64,000 bases of DNA from Alphaproteobacteria bacterium. Lineage in GTDB: Bacteria; Pseudomonadota; Alphaproteobacteria; MPNO01. The notes under the pieces were generated by a model. It did not search any database. It saw nothing but the letters and a program-made list of their open reading frames with translations, and was not told the DNA's origin. The stretch lies in NCBI GenBank assembly GCA_964291675.2, contig OZ219865.1:928001-992000 (forward strand), in the 5' to 3' direction. The position numbers and the translations under genes are program-made. How positions within the stretch are numbered: position 1 is the stretch's first letter; each line of letters opens with the position of its first letter. This document shows positions 40,481-50,643 of this stretch, in pieces.

Positions 40481-41764
40481 ATGCAGCTCAACGACACCCA
40501 CGACCCGGAGCGCCGGAGCTGGGTCGGGTCGGCCAACCGGCCGGGGACCGATTTCCCGATCCAGAACCTGCCGCTCGGGATCTTCTCGGATGCCGGCGGC
40601 GGGCCGCGCGGCGGGATCGCGATCGGGGACAGTATCCTCGACCTCGCCGCCGCCGCGGGCGCCGGGCTGTTTCGCGGCGACGCGGATCGCGCCGCGCGCG
40701 CCGCGGCGGGACCCGCGCTCAACCCGCTGATGGCGCTCGGCAACGGGGCGGCGTCGGCGCTCAGGCACGCGGTCTCCGCCATCCTGACCGAGGGGAGCGG
40801 AGACCGCGGGAAGGCGGAACGCTGCCTCGTCCCGATGGAAGGGGCGACGATGGCGCTGCCGGCGGAGATCGGCAGCTTCACCGACTTCCTGACCTCCCTC
40901 GACCACACGCTTCGCATGTCGCCGAACGGAAGGACGCCGCCCGCCTTCGACCGTATCCCGATCGCCTATCACGGCCGGGCGACGACGGTCTGCGTCAGCG
41001 GCACGCCCCTGGTCCGCCCGCACGGCCAGTTCGCCGGCCCGGACGGGGCGGCGGTCTTCGGCCCGGAGCCGGCGCAGGATTTCGAGCTCGAGCTCGGCAT
41101 CTTCGTCGGGCCCGGCAACCGGAGGGGGGCGCCGATCCCGATCGACGAGGCGCCGGGGCACGCGTTCGGCTACTGCCTGCTCAACGACTGGTCGGCGCGC
41201 GGCATCCAGTTCTTCGAATCGGTGCCGCTCGGCCCGTTCCTCGGCAAGAGCATGATGACCTCGATCTCGCCCTGGGTGGTCACCGCCGAGGCGCTCGCCC
41301 CCTTCGCCGCCCCGGCGCGGGAGCGCGATCCCGGCAAGGAGCCGCCCGAACACCTGACCGGCGAGGCCGACCGGGCGGGCGGCGGGCTCGATATCGCGAT
41401 GTACGCCGACTGGTCGACCGAAGCCATGCGGCGCGGCGGCGCGGCGCCCGAGACCGTCGTCGAGACCAATTTCCGCACCATGTACTGGACGCCGGCGCAG
41501 ATGCTCTGCCACCACGCGAGCAACGGCTGCGAATTACGCCCGGGCGACCTGCTCGGCAGCGGCACCGTCTCCGGCCCGGCGGAAGGGGCGCGCGCCTGCC
41601 TGGCGGAGATCAACGGGAAGGGCACGCGGACGGTCGAGGTCGGCGGCGAGACCCGGACCTGGCTCGTAGACGGCGACGAAATCAGCTTCCGCGCCCGGGC
41701 CGAACGCCCCGGCCATGCGGCCATCGGCTTCGGCGTCTGCAAGGGAGTGGTGGCACCCCGGTAG
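40481..41764 (+). CDS. Fumarylacetoacetase-family hydrolase (FahA-like)
   Basis: DFPIQNLPLG, YHGRA, DFELE, NDWSAR, LGPFLGKS, GDLLGSGTVSG. Confidence 0.9.
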   Translation: MQLNDTHDPERRSWVGSANRPGTDFPIQNLPLGIFSDAGGGPRGGIAIGDSILDLAAAAGAGLFRGDADRAARAAAGPALNPLMALGNGAASALRHAVSAILTEGSGDRGKAERCLVPMEGATMALPAEIGSFTDFLTSLDHTLRMSPNGRTPPAFDRIPIAYHGRATTVCVSGTPLVRPHGQFAGPDGAAVFGPEPAQDFELELGIFVGPGNRRGAPIPIDEAPGHAFGYCLLNDWSARGIQFFESVPLGPFLGKSMMTSISPWVVTAEALAPFAAPARERDPGKEPPEHLTGEADRAGGGLDIAMYADWSTEAMRRGGAAPETVVETNFRTMYWTPAQMLCHHASNGCELRPGDLLGSGTVSGPAEGARACLAEINGKGTRTVEVGGETRTWLVDGDEISFRARAERPGHAAIGFGVCKGVVAPR

Positions 41765-41836
41765 CGATGGCGCCGAGGGGACCGGCAGGCCTCCGGGAGA
41801 TAGTACAACCGCCCTTCGCCGGCCGCATTTCGACCC

Positions 41837-43831
41837 TCAGGCCAACCCCAGCACCTTCTTGCGTTCCCGGGCCCAGCAGTTGATCAACTGGTCGGCCATC
41901 AGCCCCATGAAGGCGATGCAGAGGCCCACGACGAGCGACTTCCCGGCGTCGTTCTCGGCCTTCGACCGGAAGATCTCCTGGCCGAGGTCCGTGGTGCCGA
42001 TGAACGCGGCGATCACGACCATGAACAGGGCGTACATGATCGTCTGGTTGATGCCGAGCATGATCGCCGGAAAGGCGAGCGGCATGCGTACCTTCCACAG
42101 CACCTGGCGCGGCGTGCAGCCCGACGTTATGGCCGCTTCGACGATGTCGTGCGGCACCGTCCGCAAACCGAAGATCGTAAGCCGCGTGGTCGGGATCGTC
42201 GCGTAGATCACGATCGCCATGATGGCGGCGAAGTCGTTCACGTTGAACAGCATGATCGCCGGGATCAGGTAGATGAAGGACGGGAAGGTCTGAAAGGTGT
42301 CGAGGATCAGCTCCACGACCTTCGCCCGCCGCGGCCCCGCCGCCGCCCAGATTCCCACGATCGAGCCGAAGATGACGCAGACGATCACCGCGAAGCTCAC
42401 CATGTAGGCGGTGATCAGCGTCCGCTCCCAGAAGCCGGCGAAGGCGAGATAGAGCGCGAACAGCGCCTGGATTCCGGCGACTTGCCAGCCGCCGTAGTAC
42501 CACCCCAGGGTTACCGCGAACACCAGCAGGGCCGACCAGGGAAGCATCAGATAGAGGTCGCGCATGGGGATCAGGACATGAACCAGCAGCGTGGCCTTGA
42601 TCAGCTCCAGATAGTCGAAAGCGTAGACGATGATGTCGTCGATCAGCGCATCCCAAAGCGGCGCGGTGGTGATCGACAGCGCTTTCGGCCATAGCTGCAA
42701 CGCCGGAATGAACGCCGCGAGAACGTACGAGACCACGACGACGGCGATGCCCGCGGACAGGAACGGATGCCGGACGTGAAAGGGCCCTTCCCTGGCGTGT
42801 TCGGGCTCCTTCCGGGCCCAGGCCTGGCTCAGCCGGTCGAGGATGATCGCCATGAAGACGATCACCACGCCGATCTCCAGCGCCTGCCCTATCCAGAGCG
42901 AGCGCAGCCGGTTCAGCAGGTCGTGGCCGAGCCCCTTGGCGCCCACGAAGGACGCGAGCACGACCATCGCCAGGCACAGCATGATGACCTGGTTGACGCC
43001 GACCATCAGCGTCGGCCGCGCCGCCGGCAGCTCGACCTTCCAGAGCATCTGGCGCGCGGTACAGCCCGCCATGATGCCGGCCTCGCGCACTTCCGGCGAC
43101 ACCCCCTTCAAACCCAGGATGGTGAGCCGCGCCATCACCGGGAAGGCAAAGATGATCGTCGCGATCGTGCCGGCCTTGTGCCCGATGCCGATGAAGATCG
43201 CCACCGGGATCATGTAGGAGAAATGCGGCAGGGCCTGCATGACGTTGAGCACCGGCCACAGCAATGTCTCGAACCAGCGCCTCTTGTAGGCCACGATGCC
43301 GAGCGCGACCCCGATCGCGCCGGCGATGGGCGCGGCCACCAGAACCACCGACAGGGTGACCATCGACAGCTCCCATTTGCCGAAGGTCGCCATATAGGCG
43401 AAGCAGATCCCGGCGATGACGCCGAGCCGGCGGCCCTGCAAATACCAGCCGAGGACGACGGCCAGCCCGGTGACCGCGATCCAGGGCAGGCCCGGAACCG
43501 CATCGGAGAACCCGGCGACCAGGATCGCCTCGACGAAGTCGAGCGGGTAGTCGATCAAATCCGCGATCGCCCGGGTCGCGTCCCGGAAGGTGAAGAGACC
43601 GAACAGCTCCTCCCGGCGCAGGAATTCCACCGCCACGTTGATCCAGCCGACGAACGGCGCGGACCACTCTTTCGGAACGCCCCTGAGCCAGTCGGGCAGC
43701 CACGGGACGATCAGCAGGACCGAGACGAACGGCGCCAGGAGCAAGACCGCGACGCGGAGACCGGACTGACCGGTGCCCGCCACCCAGCGCCGGACCGCGT
43801 GCACGCCGTGCGCAGCCATTGCTTCAGCCAC
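41837..43831 (-). CDS. tmoV: Duplicated ProW-type permease (TmoV-like)
   Basis: Two ProW-like repeats (MQALP/FQTFP, EA....G, G[VI]NQ); start at 43831 or 43819. Confidence 0.82.
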   Translation of the reverse strand: MAEAMAAHGVHAVRRWVAGTGQSGLRVAVLLLAPFVSVLLIVPWLPDWLRGVPKEWSAPFVGWINVAVEFLRREELFGLFTFRDATRAIADLIDYPLDFVEAILVAGFSDAVPGLPWIAVTGLAVVLGWYLQGRRLGVIAGICFAYMATFGKWELSMVTLSVVLVAAPIAGAIGVALGIVAYKRRWFETLLWPVLNVMQALPHFSYMIPVAIFIGIGHKAGTIATIIFAFPVMARLTILGLKGVSPEVREAGIMAGCTARQMLWKVELPAARPTLMVGVNQVIMLCLAMVVLASFVGAKGLGHDLLNRLRSLWIGQALEIGVVIVFMAIILDRLSQAWARKEPEHAREGPFHVRHPFLSAGIAVVVVSYVLAAFIPALQLWPKALSITTAPLWDALIDDIIVYAFDYLELIKATLLVHVLIPMRDLYLMLPWSALLVFAVTLGWYYGGWQVAGIQALFALYLAFAGFWERTLITAYMVSFAVIVCVIFGSIVGIWAAAGPRRAKVVELILDTFQTFPSFIYLIPAIMLFNVNDFAAIMAIVIYATIPTTRLTIFGLRTVPHDIVEAAITSGCTPRQVLWKVRMPLAFPAIMLGINQTIMYALFMVVIAAFIGTTDLGQEIFRSKAENDAGKSLVVGLCIAFMGLMADQLINCWARERKKVLGLA

Positions 43832-44858
43832 GGGATCCTTGCTCCCGGGAGAACAGCACATCCAGCACGCGGGCGCGGCTCGCCACGCCGACGATCCGGC
43901 CGTTCTCGTCCGCCACGCGCAGCGGGAGCTCGCTGCCGACGATCCGGCGCGCAACGTCCGCCACCTTTTCGGTCTGGCGGATCGTCACGTCCGACAGGGG
44001 CTGGCCGTCCGCAGGCGCTTCCATGACGGAGGCCACGGTCAGCAGCTTCTCGCGCGCGACGTCGCGGGTGAAATTGGCGACATAATCGTCGGCCGGCTTC
44101 GTCACCAGCGCCTCGGGCGTGCCGACCTGCACGATTCGGCCTTCGTTCATGATGGCGATCCGGTCGGCGAGACGGATCGCCTCGTCGAAATCGTGGGTGA
44201 TGAAGGCGATGGTCTTCCGCAGCATGGTCTGCAGGCGCAGGAATTCGTCCTGCATCTCGCGCCGGATCAGCGGATCGAGCGCCGAAAAGGGCTCGTCGAG
44301 AAACCAGACATCGGGTTCGACCGCGAGCGAGCGCGCGATGCCCACGCGTTGCTGCTGGCCGCCGGACAGTTCGCGCGGGTAGTACCTGTCCCGCCCCTTG
44401 AGCCCGACCAGCTCGATGACCTCGCGGGCCCGCTTCTCCCGGGTCGTCCGGTCGATGCCTTGCACCTCCAGCGGGAAGGCGACGTTTTGCAAGACGGTGC
44501 GGTGCGGCAGCAGCGCAAAATGCTGGAACACCATCCCCATCTTGTGGCGACGGATTTCGATCAGCTCCCTGGGCGGGATCTTCAACAGGTCCTGCCCGTC
44601 GAACATGACCTCCCCGGCGGTCGGCTCGATCAGGCGGGACAGGCAGCGGACCAGCGTGGACTTGCCCGAGCCGCTGAGCCCCATGATCACCAGAATTTCG
44701 CCGGGGAAGACCTCCAGGCTGGCATGGCGGACCGCCGGAATATAGCCGCCCGCCTCGATCGCGCCGTCCGCGGGATCGCCGTCATGCGCGGCCAGAAACG
44801 CTTCCGGTTCCCTGCCGTACAACTTCCAGATGCTCCGGCACGCGATCCTGGCTTCCAA
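43824..44858 (-). CDS. tmoW: ProV-type ABC ATP-binding protein (TmoW-like)
   Basis: MGLSGSGKST, LSGGQQQRVG, DEPFSALDPLIR; TTG start inferred. Confidence 0.85.
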   Translation of the reverse strand: MEARIACRSIWKLYGREPEAFLAAHDGDPADGAIEAGGYIPAVRHASLEVFPGEILVIMGLSGSGKSTLVRCLSRLIEPTAGEVMFDGQDLLKIPPRELIEIRRHKMGMVFQHFALLPHRTVLQNVAFPLEVQGIDRTTREKRAREVIELVGLKGRDRYYPRELSGGQQQRVGIARSLAVEPDVWFLDEPFSALDPLIRREMQDEFLRLQTMLRKTIAFITHDFDEAIRLADRIAIMNEGRIVQVGTPEALVTKPADDYVANFTRDVAREKLLTVASVMEAPADGQPLSDVTIRQTEKVADVARRIVGSELPLRVADENGRIVGVASRARVLDVLFSREQGSRG

Positions 44859-45021
44859 AGTCCCGCTCTCCGCATGACCGCTCCCCAGGGCGGCCGAACA
44901 CTCCGTCGTCGCGCGCTCGCACGCATCGCGGCCCCGACGATCCGCGCCGGGACCTCGCCGGATCACGGTACGACTTTTTGCCTGACCGCGAAATGCCAAA
45001 GCGACGCCTGGGGTCCTGGCT

Positions 45022-45150
45022 GAACCAATTCTTACCAATATAGCCTTTCATAACAATTTTTGACTATCATATGTCATTGACTCTCCACAATTAGAGACCG
45101 AAGATCGAAATCTGGGCGTCGGATCACGCCAAATTGGTTCATATTGGTTC
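45022..45150. promoter_or_regulatory. Divergent AT-rich promoter region with tandem TTGGT/ACCAA boxes
   Basis: GAACCAATTCTTACCAATA (45022-45040) and AATTGGTTCATATTGGTTC (45132-45150) in opposite orientation. Confidence 0.5.
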
Positions 45151-45178
45151 GACGCCGCAGTACACGAAGGGGACGGTT

Positions 45179-46123
45179 ATGAGCAAGATTGCGACACTGG
45201 CGGCTTCGGCCGCATTTCTGATCGTCGGCGCCCTGCCCGCTGCCGCCGAGACGATCAAGATCCCGCTGCACAATTGGTCGAGCCAGCTCGTCGGCGCCCG
45301 GATCGTCGGCAACATGCTGGAAATGGTGGGCGAAAAGGTGGACTACGTGTCGGCGGACAGCCAGGTGGTCTACACCTCGATGTGCGAAGGCGACATTCAT
45401 CTCGTCCACGAGGTCTGGCAGGGCGCGTTCGGCGTCAGCTACGAGACGCAGCTCAACGCCGGATGCGTGATCACGGCGGCGACCCACGAGGCGAAGACCC
45501 GCGAGGAGTGGTGGTATCCCGAGTATGTCGAGGAAGCCTGTCCCGGCCTGCCCGACTGGCAGGCGCTCAACAAGTGCGCGGCCAAGTTCGCGACCGCCGC
45601 CACCAAGCCCAAGGGCCGCTTCCTCGCCGGTCCGGTGGACTGGCTGAAGCACGACCAGGAGCGCGTCGACGGGCTGGGCATGAACTTCAAGGTGGTGAAC
45701 GCGGGCTCCGCCGCCGCCCTGTGGGCGGAGCTCAAATCGGCCAGCAAGCGCAAGGCGCCGATCGTGCTGTTCAACTGGACGCCGAACTTCATCGAGGCGC
45801 TGTACAAGGGCAAGTTCGTGGAGTTCCCGGAATATGACGAGAAATGCCGCAAGGATCCCAAATGGGGGCTGAACCCGGAGAAGGCCTATGACTGCGGCAA
45901 CCCGAAGGACGGCTATCTCAAGCTCGGCGTCTGGAAGGGCTTCCCCGGGAAGTGGCCGAAAGCCTACAAGCTGTTGCAGAAGATGAGCTTCTCCAATCTC
46001 GACATCGCCGTCATGGCCAAGCTGGTCGACGTGGACAAGATGGAGGCGGACGCCGCGGCGGCGAAGTGGATGAAGGACAACGAGGCCAAGTGGAAGCCCT
46101 GGGTGGAAGCGGCCACCATGTAG
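45179..46123 (+). CDS. tmoX: TMAO ABC substrate-binding protein (TmoX-like)
   Basis: HNWSSQ, EVW.GAFG, TRE.WWYP..ACPGLPDW, GPVDWLKH, NAGSAAALWAE, NWTPNF, YDCGNP motifs as recalled from Roseobacter TmoX. Confidence 0.82.
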   Translation: MSKIATLAASAAFLIVGALPAAAETIKIPLHNWSSQLVGARIVGNMLEMVGEKVDYVSADSQVVYTSMCEGDIHLVHEVWQGAFGVSYETQLNAGCVITAATHEAKTREEWWYPEYVEEACPGLPDWQALNKCAAKFATAATKPKGRFLAGPVDWLKHDQERVDGLGMNFKVVNAGSAAALWAELKSASKRKAPIVLFNWTPNFIEALYKGKFVEFPEYDEKCRKDPKWGLNPEKAYDCGNPKDGYLKLGVWKGFPGKWPKAYKLLQKMSFSNLDIAVMAKLVDVDKMEADAAAAKWMKDNEAKWKPWVEAATM

Positions 46124-46130
46124 CCCCGGC

Positions 46131-46211
46131 CGCGCGGCTCGATACGGCAACCGGCCCGCCAGAAATGGCGGGCCTCTTGCCCGGAGGTTCGGGTCGGGTG
46201 GTGGAGCCGAG
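46131..46211 (-). repeat. Distal att copy: tRNA-Ala 3' end plus downstream sequence
   Basis: 74/81 identical to 50576-50656; includes hairpin GGCCCGCCA-N4-TGGCGGGCC. Confidence 0.9.
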
Positions 46212-46976
46212 ACCGTAGCACGAGGGCGGCCGTTACATTCACGTGCGAAGGGAAGTCCTTCGAGCTCGCCGACATCGCGGCGAGCAAGCGACGGGGTAAG
46301 ACCGCGCCGAGGCCCGCAGCGTGCCGCGTGCGCACTCGGGGCCGTGGCCAAGCGGGCGCGGAGCTCGGTCGCGATGGTGCGGGTGCGTCGCCGAGGTATC
46401 GGCCTCGCCCGCGTCCGAGCGGTGGGAGGCGGGCGGAGCCAGAGTACGTCCCGGAACCGCGCGAGACCGCGTCTCGCCGGGAGCTTTCTCAATTGCGTAG
46501 CGAGCTCATCCCGACCGGTGGATTCCTGGCGCACGGCCCCAGTGCCGATCAGCGTGGAAATTCGTCGAACTTGCTGCATTACGTGAGCTCAGCAATGCGC
46601 GCTCAACGGGACTGATCATCCTGCTTTACAAATTGATGAGCTGGAGACACCGGCGCACCGGCATATCGTTGGAAGAACGCAGGCCCGCGCCCGCGCGCAA
46701 CGGACAGGCCTCGGACCGACGGCGCGGCTCCCGCCGGCGAAGCCGCGCTCCGGCCCCCGAACGTCGGTCCGGCGTTCCCCGCCGGCCGGTCCGCTCGCGC
46801 TTGCCTTCCGCCTGGGGAGAATTCGGGAGCGGCCACTCGGCCCCCCGCCGGCGCCTCCCCGCCCCGTCGCCGGCGCCGAACCTCACCGTTGCCGCCGCGA
46901 CCGCGGATGCCCACGCACTCGCCTTCGACCACGCCATCTCGAAAATGGAAGCAGGCTCCCCCCGACGAAACCGCGA

Positions 46977-48426
46977 GGTCGTGTCCCCAGACGTGGTGTA
47001 GGAGCTCTGGCCTTGGTTTGTAGCTGTGGGTAAGCAGCGCGCCGCCGCGACCGCCGCGAGTCTGGCGGCGGCGGGCTGCTTATCCACAGCGGAGGCCATC
47101 GCGGTTCCGGTTTAGGGTTGGGTCGTGCAACGCCAACCCGAACCTGAGGAGGAACCGCGATGACCGACGACATGATGGCCCTGCGCGGGCTTTTGGAGAA
47201 GAGTTCCGACGCCGATCTGCTGCGCGAGATGATCGGCTTCTCGGCCGAGCGTCTGATGGCGCTGGAGGTGGAAGGGCTGACCGGCGCCGCCCATGGCGAG
47301 CGCACGCCGGAGCGGATCACGCAGCGCAACGGCTACCGCGAGCGGGCCTGGGAGACCCGCGCCGGCACGGTGGCGCTGAGGATCCCGAAGCTCAGGACGG
47401 GGAGCTACTTCCCCGGCTTCCTGGAACCGCGCCGGATGGCGGAGAAGGCACTCACGGCGGTGATCCAGGAGGCCTACATCCAGGGCGTGTCGACGCGCTC
47501 GGTCGACGACCTGGTGCAGGCGATGGGGATGTCGGGCATCTCCAAGAGCCAGGTGTCCAGGCTGTGCGCCGAGATCGACGACAAGATCGAGAGCTTCCTC
47601 GACCGGCCGCTGGAGGGCGAGTGGCCCTATCTGTGGCTGGATGCGACCTATATCAAGATGCGCGAGATCGGGCGCATCGTCCCGGTCGCGGTGACCGTCG
47701 CGGTGGCGGTCAACGACCAGGGCCGGCGCGAGGTGCTCGGCATGGCGATCGGCCACTCCGAGGCCGAGACCTTCTGGACCGCCTTCCTGCGCGCGCTGAC
47801 CGGCCGCGGGCTCAAGGGCGTCAAGCTGGTGATCTCCGACGACCACAAGGGGTTGAAGGCCGCCGCGACCCGCATCCTCGGCGCCACCTGGCAGCGCTGC
47901 CGCATCCACTTCATGCGCAACCTGCTGGCCCATGCCGGCCGTCAGGGAAGGCGCGTCGTGTCTGCCTTCGTCGCCACCGCCTTCGCCCAGGACGACGCCC
48001 AGGCCGCGAGCGCCCAGTGGCGCCTGGTCGCCGACCAGCTCAGGCCCAAGGCGCCCAAGCTCGCCACCCTCATGGACGACGCCGAGCACGACGTCCTCGC
48101 CTACATGACCTTCCCCAGGGAGCACCGAACCAAGCTCCACTCGACCAACCCCATCGAGCGGGTCCATGCCGAGATCAAGCGCCGAACCAACGTCGTCGGC
48201 ATCTTCCCCAACGAAGACGCCGTCACCCGCCTGGTCGGCGCCATCCTGCTCGAGCAGAACGACGAGTGGGCCGTCGCAAGGAGATACATGACACTGGAAT
48301 CCATCGCTCAGACCAGCGACAATCTCACCGTCAAGCCGCCCGCCGTGGCAGCCTGACCCTACCGGCCCAACACGCCGGATACCGCGATCGGCGCCGGGCT
48401 CTTACACCACGTGGCGGGACACGATC
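46977..48426 (+). mobile_element. IS256-family insertion sequence (1450 bp)
   Basis: IRs GGTCGTGTCCCCAGACGTGGTGTAGGAGC vs rc GATCGTGTCCCGCCACGTGGTGTAAGAGC; 8-bp TSD AACCGCGA at 46969-46976 and 48427-48434. Confidence 0.95.
47160..48356 (+). CDS. IS256 family transposase
   Basis: [43 protein letters not shown]. Confidence 0.97.
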   Translation: MTDDMMALRGLLEKSSDADLLREMIGFSAERLMALEVEGLTGAAHGERTPERITQRNGYRERAWETRAGTVALRIPKLRTGSYFPGFLEPRRMAEKALTAVIQEAYIQGVSTRSVDDLVQAMGMSGISKSQVSRLCAEIDDKIESFLDRPLEGEWPYLWLDATYIKMREIGRIVPVAVTVAVAVNDQGRREVLGMAIGHSEAETFWTAFLRALTGRGLKGVKLVISDDHKGLKAAATRILGATWQRCRIHFMRNLLAHAGRQGRRVVSAFVATAFAQDDAQAASAQWRLVADQLRPKAPKLATLMDDAEHDVLAYMTFPREHRTKLHSTNPIERVHAEIKRRTNVVGIFPNEDAVTRLVGAILLEQNDEWAVARRYMTLESIAQTSDNLTVKPPAVAA

Positions 48427-48596
48427 AACCGCGACGCCGTCCCCGGGCCGCAACGGCGTCCACAAGTGGCGCGGAATCCTAGGCCGAATGCGCATGCGCG
48501 CGTATCGCCAGGATTGGGGAGATTCAAAAATAACCGCGTTCTGCTCCGGGCGATTGCCCAAAGAGGGACGCCTTCGGCGCCGCCCTGCGCCTTGCC

Positions 48597-49745
48597 TCAG
48601 CCGCGCGGCCGGGCCTGGGGAGACCCCGCCACGGACTGGACCAGCCGCACCAGCTGCGCCTGCCGCGAGAGCCCGTGCTTGGCGAACATGTGCTTCACGT
48701 GCGAGCGGATCGTGCTCTCCTTGCGGCCCGTCGCCGCGGCGATCTGGTGCACGCTCATGCCCTGGGCCAGAAGCACCGCCACGCGGCTTTCCATCCGCGT
48801 GAGGCCGAGGGCGTCGGCAGCCGCCGCCGGATCGATCGCGGTCCCGTTCGCCGGGTCGACGACCAGCACCAGCGCCGCCACCGGCCACACCTGGAAGTCC
48901 GTTCCCTGCGGGCCCACCGGGTGGACGTGCAGCACCAGAGGCGGCAGGTCGTCCGAACGGCTCACCGATATCGAGCCGCCGGCGCCCTTCGCCCCGTACG
49001 GCGGCAGCGCGCGCGCCAGCAGCGCCTGGAGGCGGGCCTGCTCCTCCGGCCTGCGCGCGAGGAGGAAGCCGCGCTCGTCGAACAGGCCGTCGCCCGAGCG
49101 CAGCACGTCCCGGGCCCGGTCGTTCGCCGCCGCGATCCGCCCGCGCGCGTCGAGCTGGACGATGCCCATCCCGGAATGGTCGAGCATCTCCGCGAGCGTC
49201 GCACCCAGGACATCCGCGCGCGCGAGCGTCTGCTGGACGTGCACGGTCTGGCGGATGTGCGGCAGCAGACGCCGGATCGTGTCGTGCTGCGCGGACGACC
49301 AGCCGTCCCCGTCCAGCGGGTCGTTGACTTGCCAGAGGATGCGCGAGCCCCCGGTGCCGTCCAGACGCACGTAGATCGCGTTCCCGGCATGGGCGCGGGT
49401 CCGCAGGAGGTCAAACGACTCGGAGGTCTTCAACTCCTCCTCGGTGTAGAGGTCGGCGATGGGGATCAACCGGTAGAACGGGCGCCGCCGCAGGCGGGGT
49501 ACTCCTTCGTCAAGCGGATAATGGGTCTCCAGCCAGACACGCTCCAGATCCCGGCGCCGCTGCCCGCGAAGGCAGGTCCACATGAAGTGGGTCCGATAGT
49601 CCCCCTGCACTTCCCCGTCGCCCGACGCCAGGGTGCTGCCATGCGTGCCGAGGGCCTCGTCGATCAGCACCGAGGCGTTCGGCCAGCGGGCAGGGTCGAG
49701 CGCCGCCCCGTGCAACGCGGCGAGGATGCGCTCGAACGCGGTCAT
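48597..49745 (-). CDS. LuxR-family regulator with PAS-like region
   Basis: C-terminal LGLTRMESRVA..LAQG...TIRSHVKHMFAKHGLSRQAQL. Confidence 0.9.
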   Translation of the reverse strand: MTAFERILAALHGAALDPARWPNASVLIDEALGTHGSTLASGDGEVQGDYRTHFMWTCLRGQRRRDLERVWLETHYPLDEGVPRLRRRPFYRLIPIADLYTEEELKTSESFDLLRTRAHAGNAIYVRLDGTGGSRILWQVNDPLDGDGWSSAQHDTIRRLLPHIRQTVHVQQTLARADVLGATLAEMLDHSGMGIVQLDARGRIAAANDRARDVLRSGDGLFDERGFLLARRPEEQARLQALLARALPPYGAKGAGGSISVSRSDDLPPLVLHVHPVGPQGTDFQVWPVAALVLVVDPANGTAIDPAAAADALGLTRMESRVAVLLAQGMSVHQIAAATGRKESTIRSHVKHMFAKHGLSRQAQLVRLVQSVAGSPQARPRG

Positions 49746-49968
49746 CTCGCTTCAGGCCACAACGTCACGGCCGGGCGCTCCGCGGACCCGATGCCCCTTG
49801 CCTCGCAGGAAGCGCGTTCCCGCGTCGCCGATAGTCCCGGCCGCAACCCTGCGTGTCCCTGTCGGCGCGGCCGCTCTCGGCTCGGCTGCCACATAAAGGG
49901 CAAGCTACCGGCATACCTACACACATCCTCAAGTTTGGCGAGGATATCGCGGTAGCGGATATCCACGC

Positions 49969-49986
49969 CTCCCCAACATTGGGGAG
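49969..49986. promoter_or_regulatory. Perfect 18-bp palindrome, candidate LuxR operator
   Basis: CTCCCCAA-CA-TTGGGGAG; related 14/18 copy at 48504-48521. Confidence 0.5.
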
Positions 49987-50009
49987 TATTGGCAAGATTC
50001 CTGTGTGCG

Positions 50010-50575
50010 AGCGTGCGCGAACCTGGGATCCGCCACTCCCCCGTGCCCTCGTCTACTTCGTCCCACGTTGCGCCCCGCGCCTCGCCGGACCGTGCAGCCG
50101 CCAACACGAGAAACCGCAGACACAACTTGCTTGCCAGGGACGCCTTGGAGGCTTCCACGCTCGCGAGCGCCGCCGATACTTCCTGATAGGGCATGGCGCG
50201 AAGGTGCGCCCTCAGGCGCGGCATGGGCGGCAGCGCGCCGTCGATCGCTTCACCCGCCGCGTTGTGCTCCACATAGCCGTGCGCCATGCACCATCGCAGA
50301 ACCGTGCGGGTACGCTGTCGAACGCGGCGCGCCGTTTCCATCCGGACGCTCCATATCGGCGTCGGCACGCGCAACACGTCCTCGCGCCCGATCCGGTCAA
50401 CCGGCATGTCTCCCAAAGCCGGATAAGGCGTGGCGCGCAAGCGTCTGCCACCAGGACAGGGTGTGCTTGCCGTTTCGCCAACGCGGCCGGTTCGCTTCGA
50501 ACGTCCTCTTGGCTGCTTCCCGGAATGTGGGAATGGCGGCCTTGCGCGTTGCCTCCCGCTTCTCGGCCAGCGGAT
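50010..50575 (-). pseudogene. P4-type integrase remnant
   Basis: DPLAEKR...PTFREAA...WRNGKH, frameshift, then PIW...ETARRVRQR...RFLVLAAARSGEARGATWDEVD...WRIP; both termini missing. Confidence 0.88.
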
Positions 50576-50643
50576 CGCGCGGTTCGATACGGCAACCGGC
50601 CCGCCAGAGATGGCGGGCCGGCTGCCCGGACGTTCGGGTCGGA

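Noticed and set aside
46199-46211. Second tRNA gene
   Set aside because: Only 13 bp of the 3' end; it is the att duplicate
46212-46968. Short ORFs in the island's left arm
   Set aside because: No motifs or coherent codon usage; probably decayed cargo
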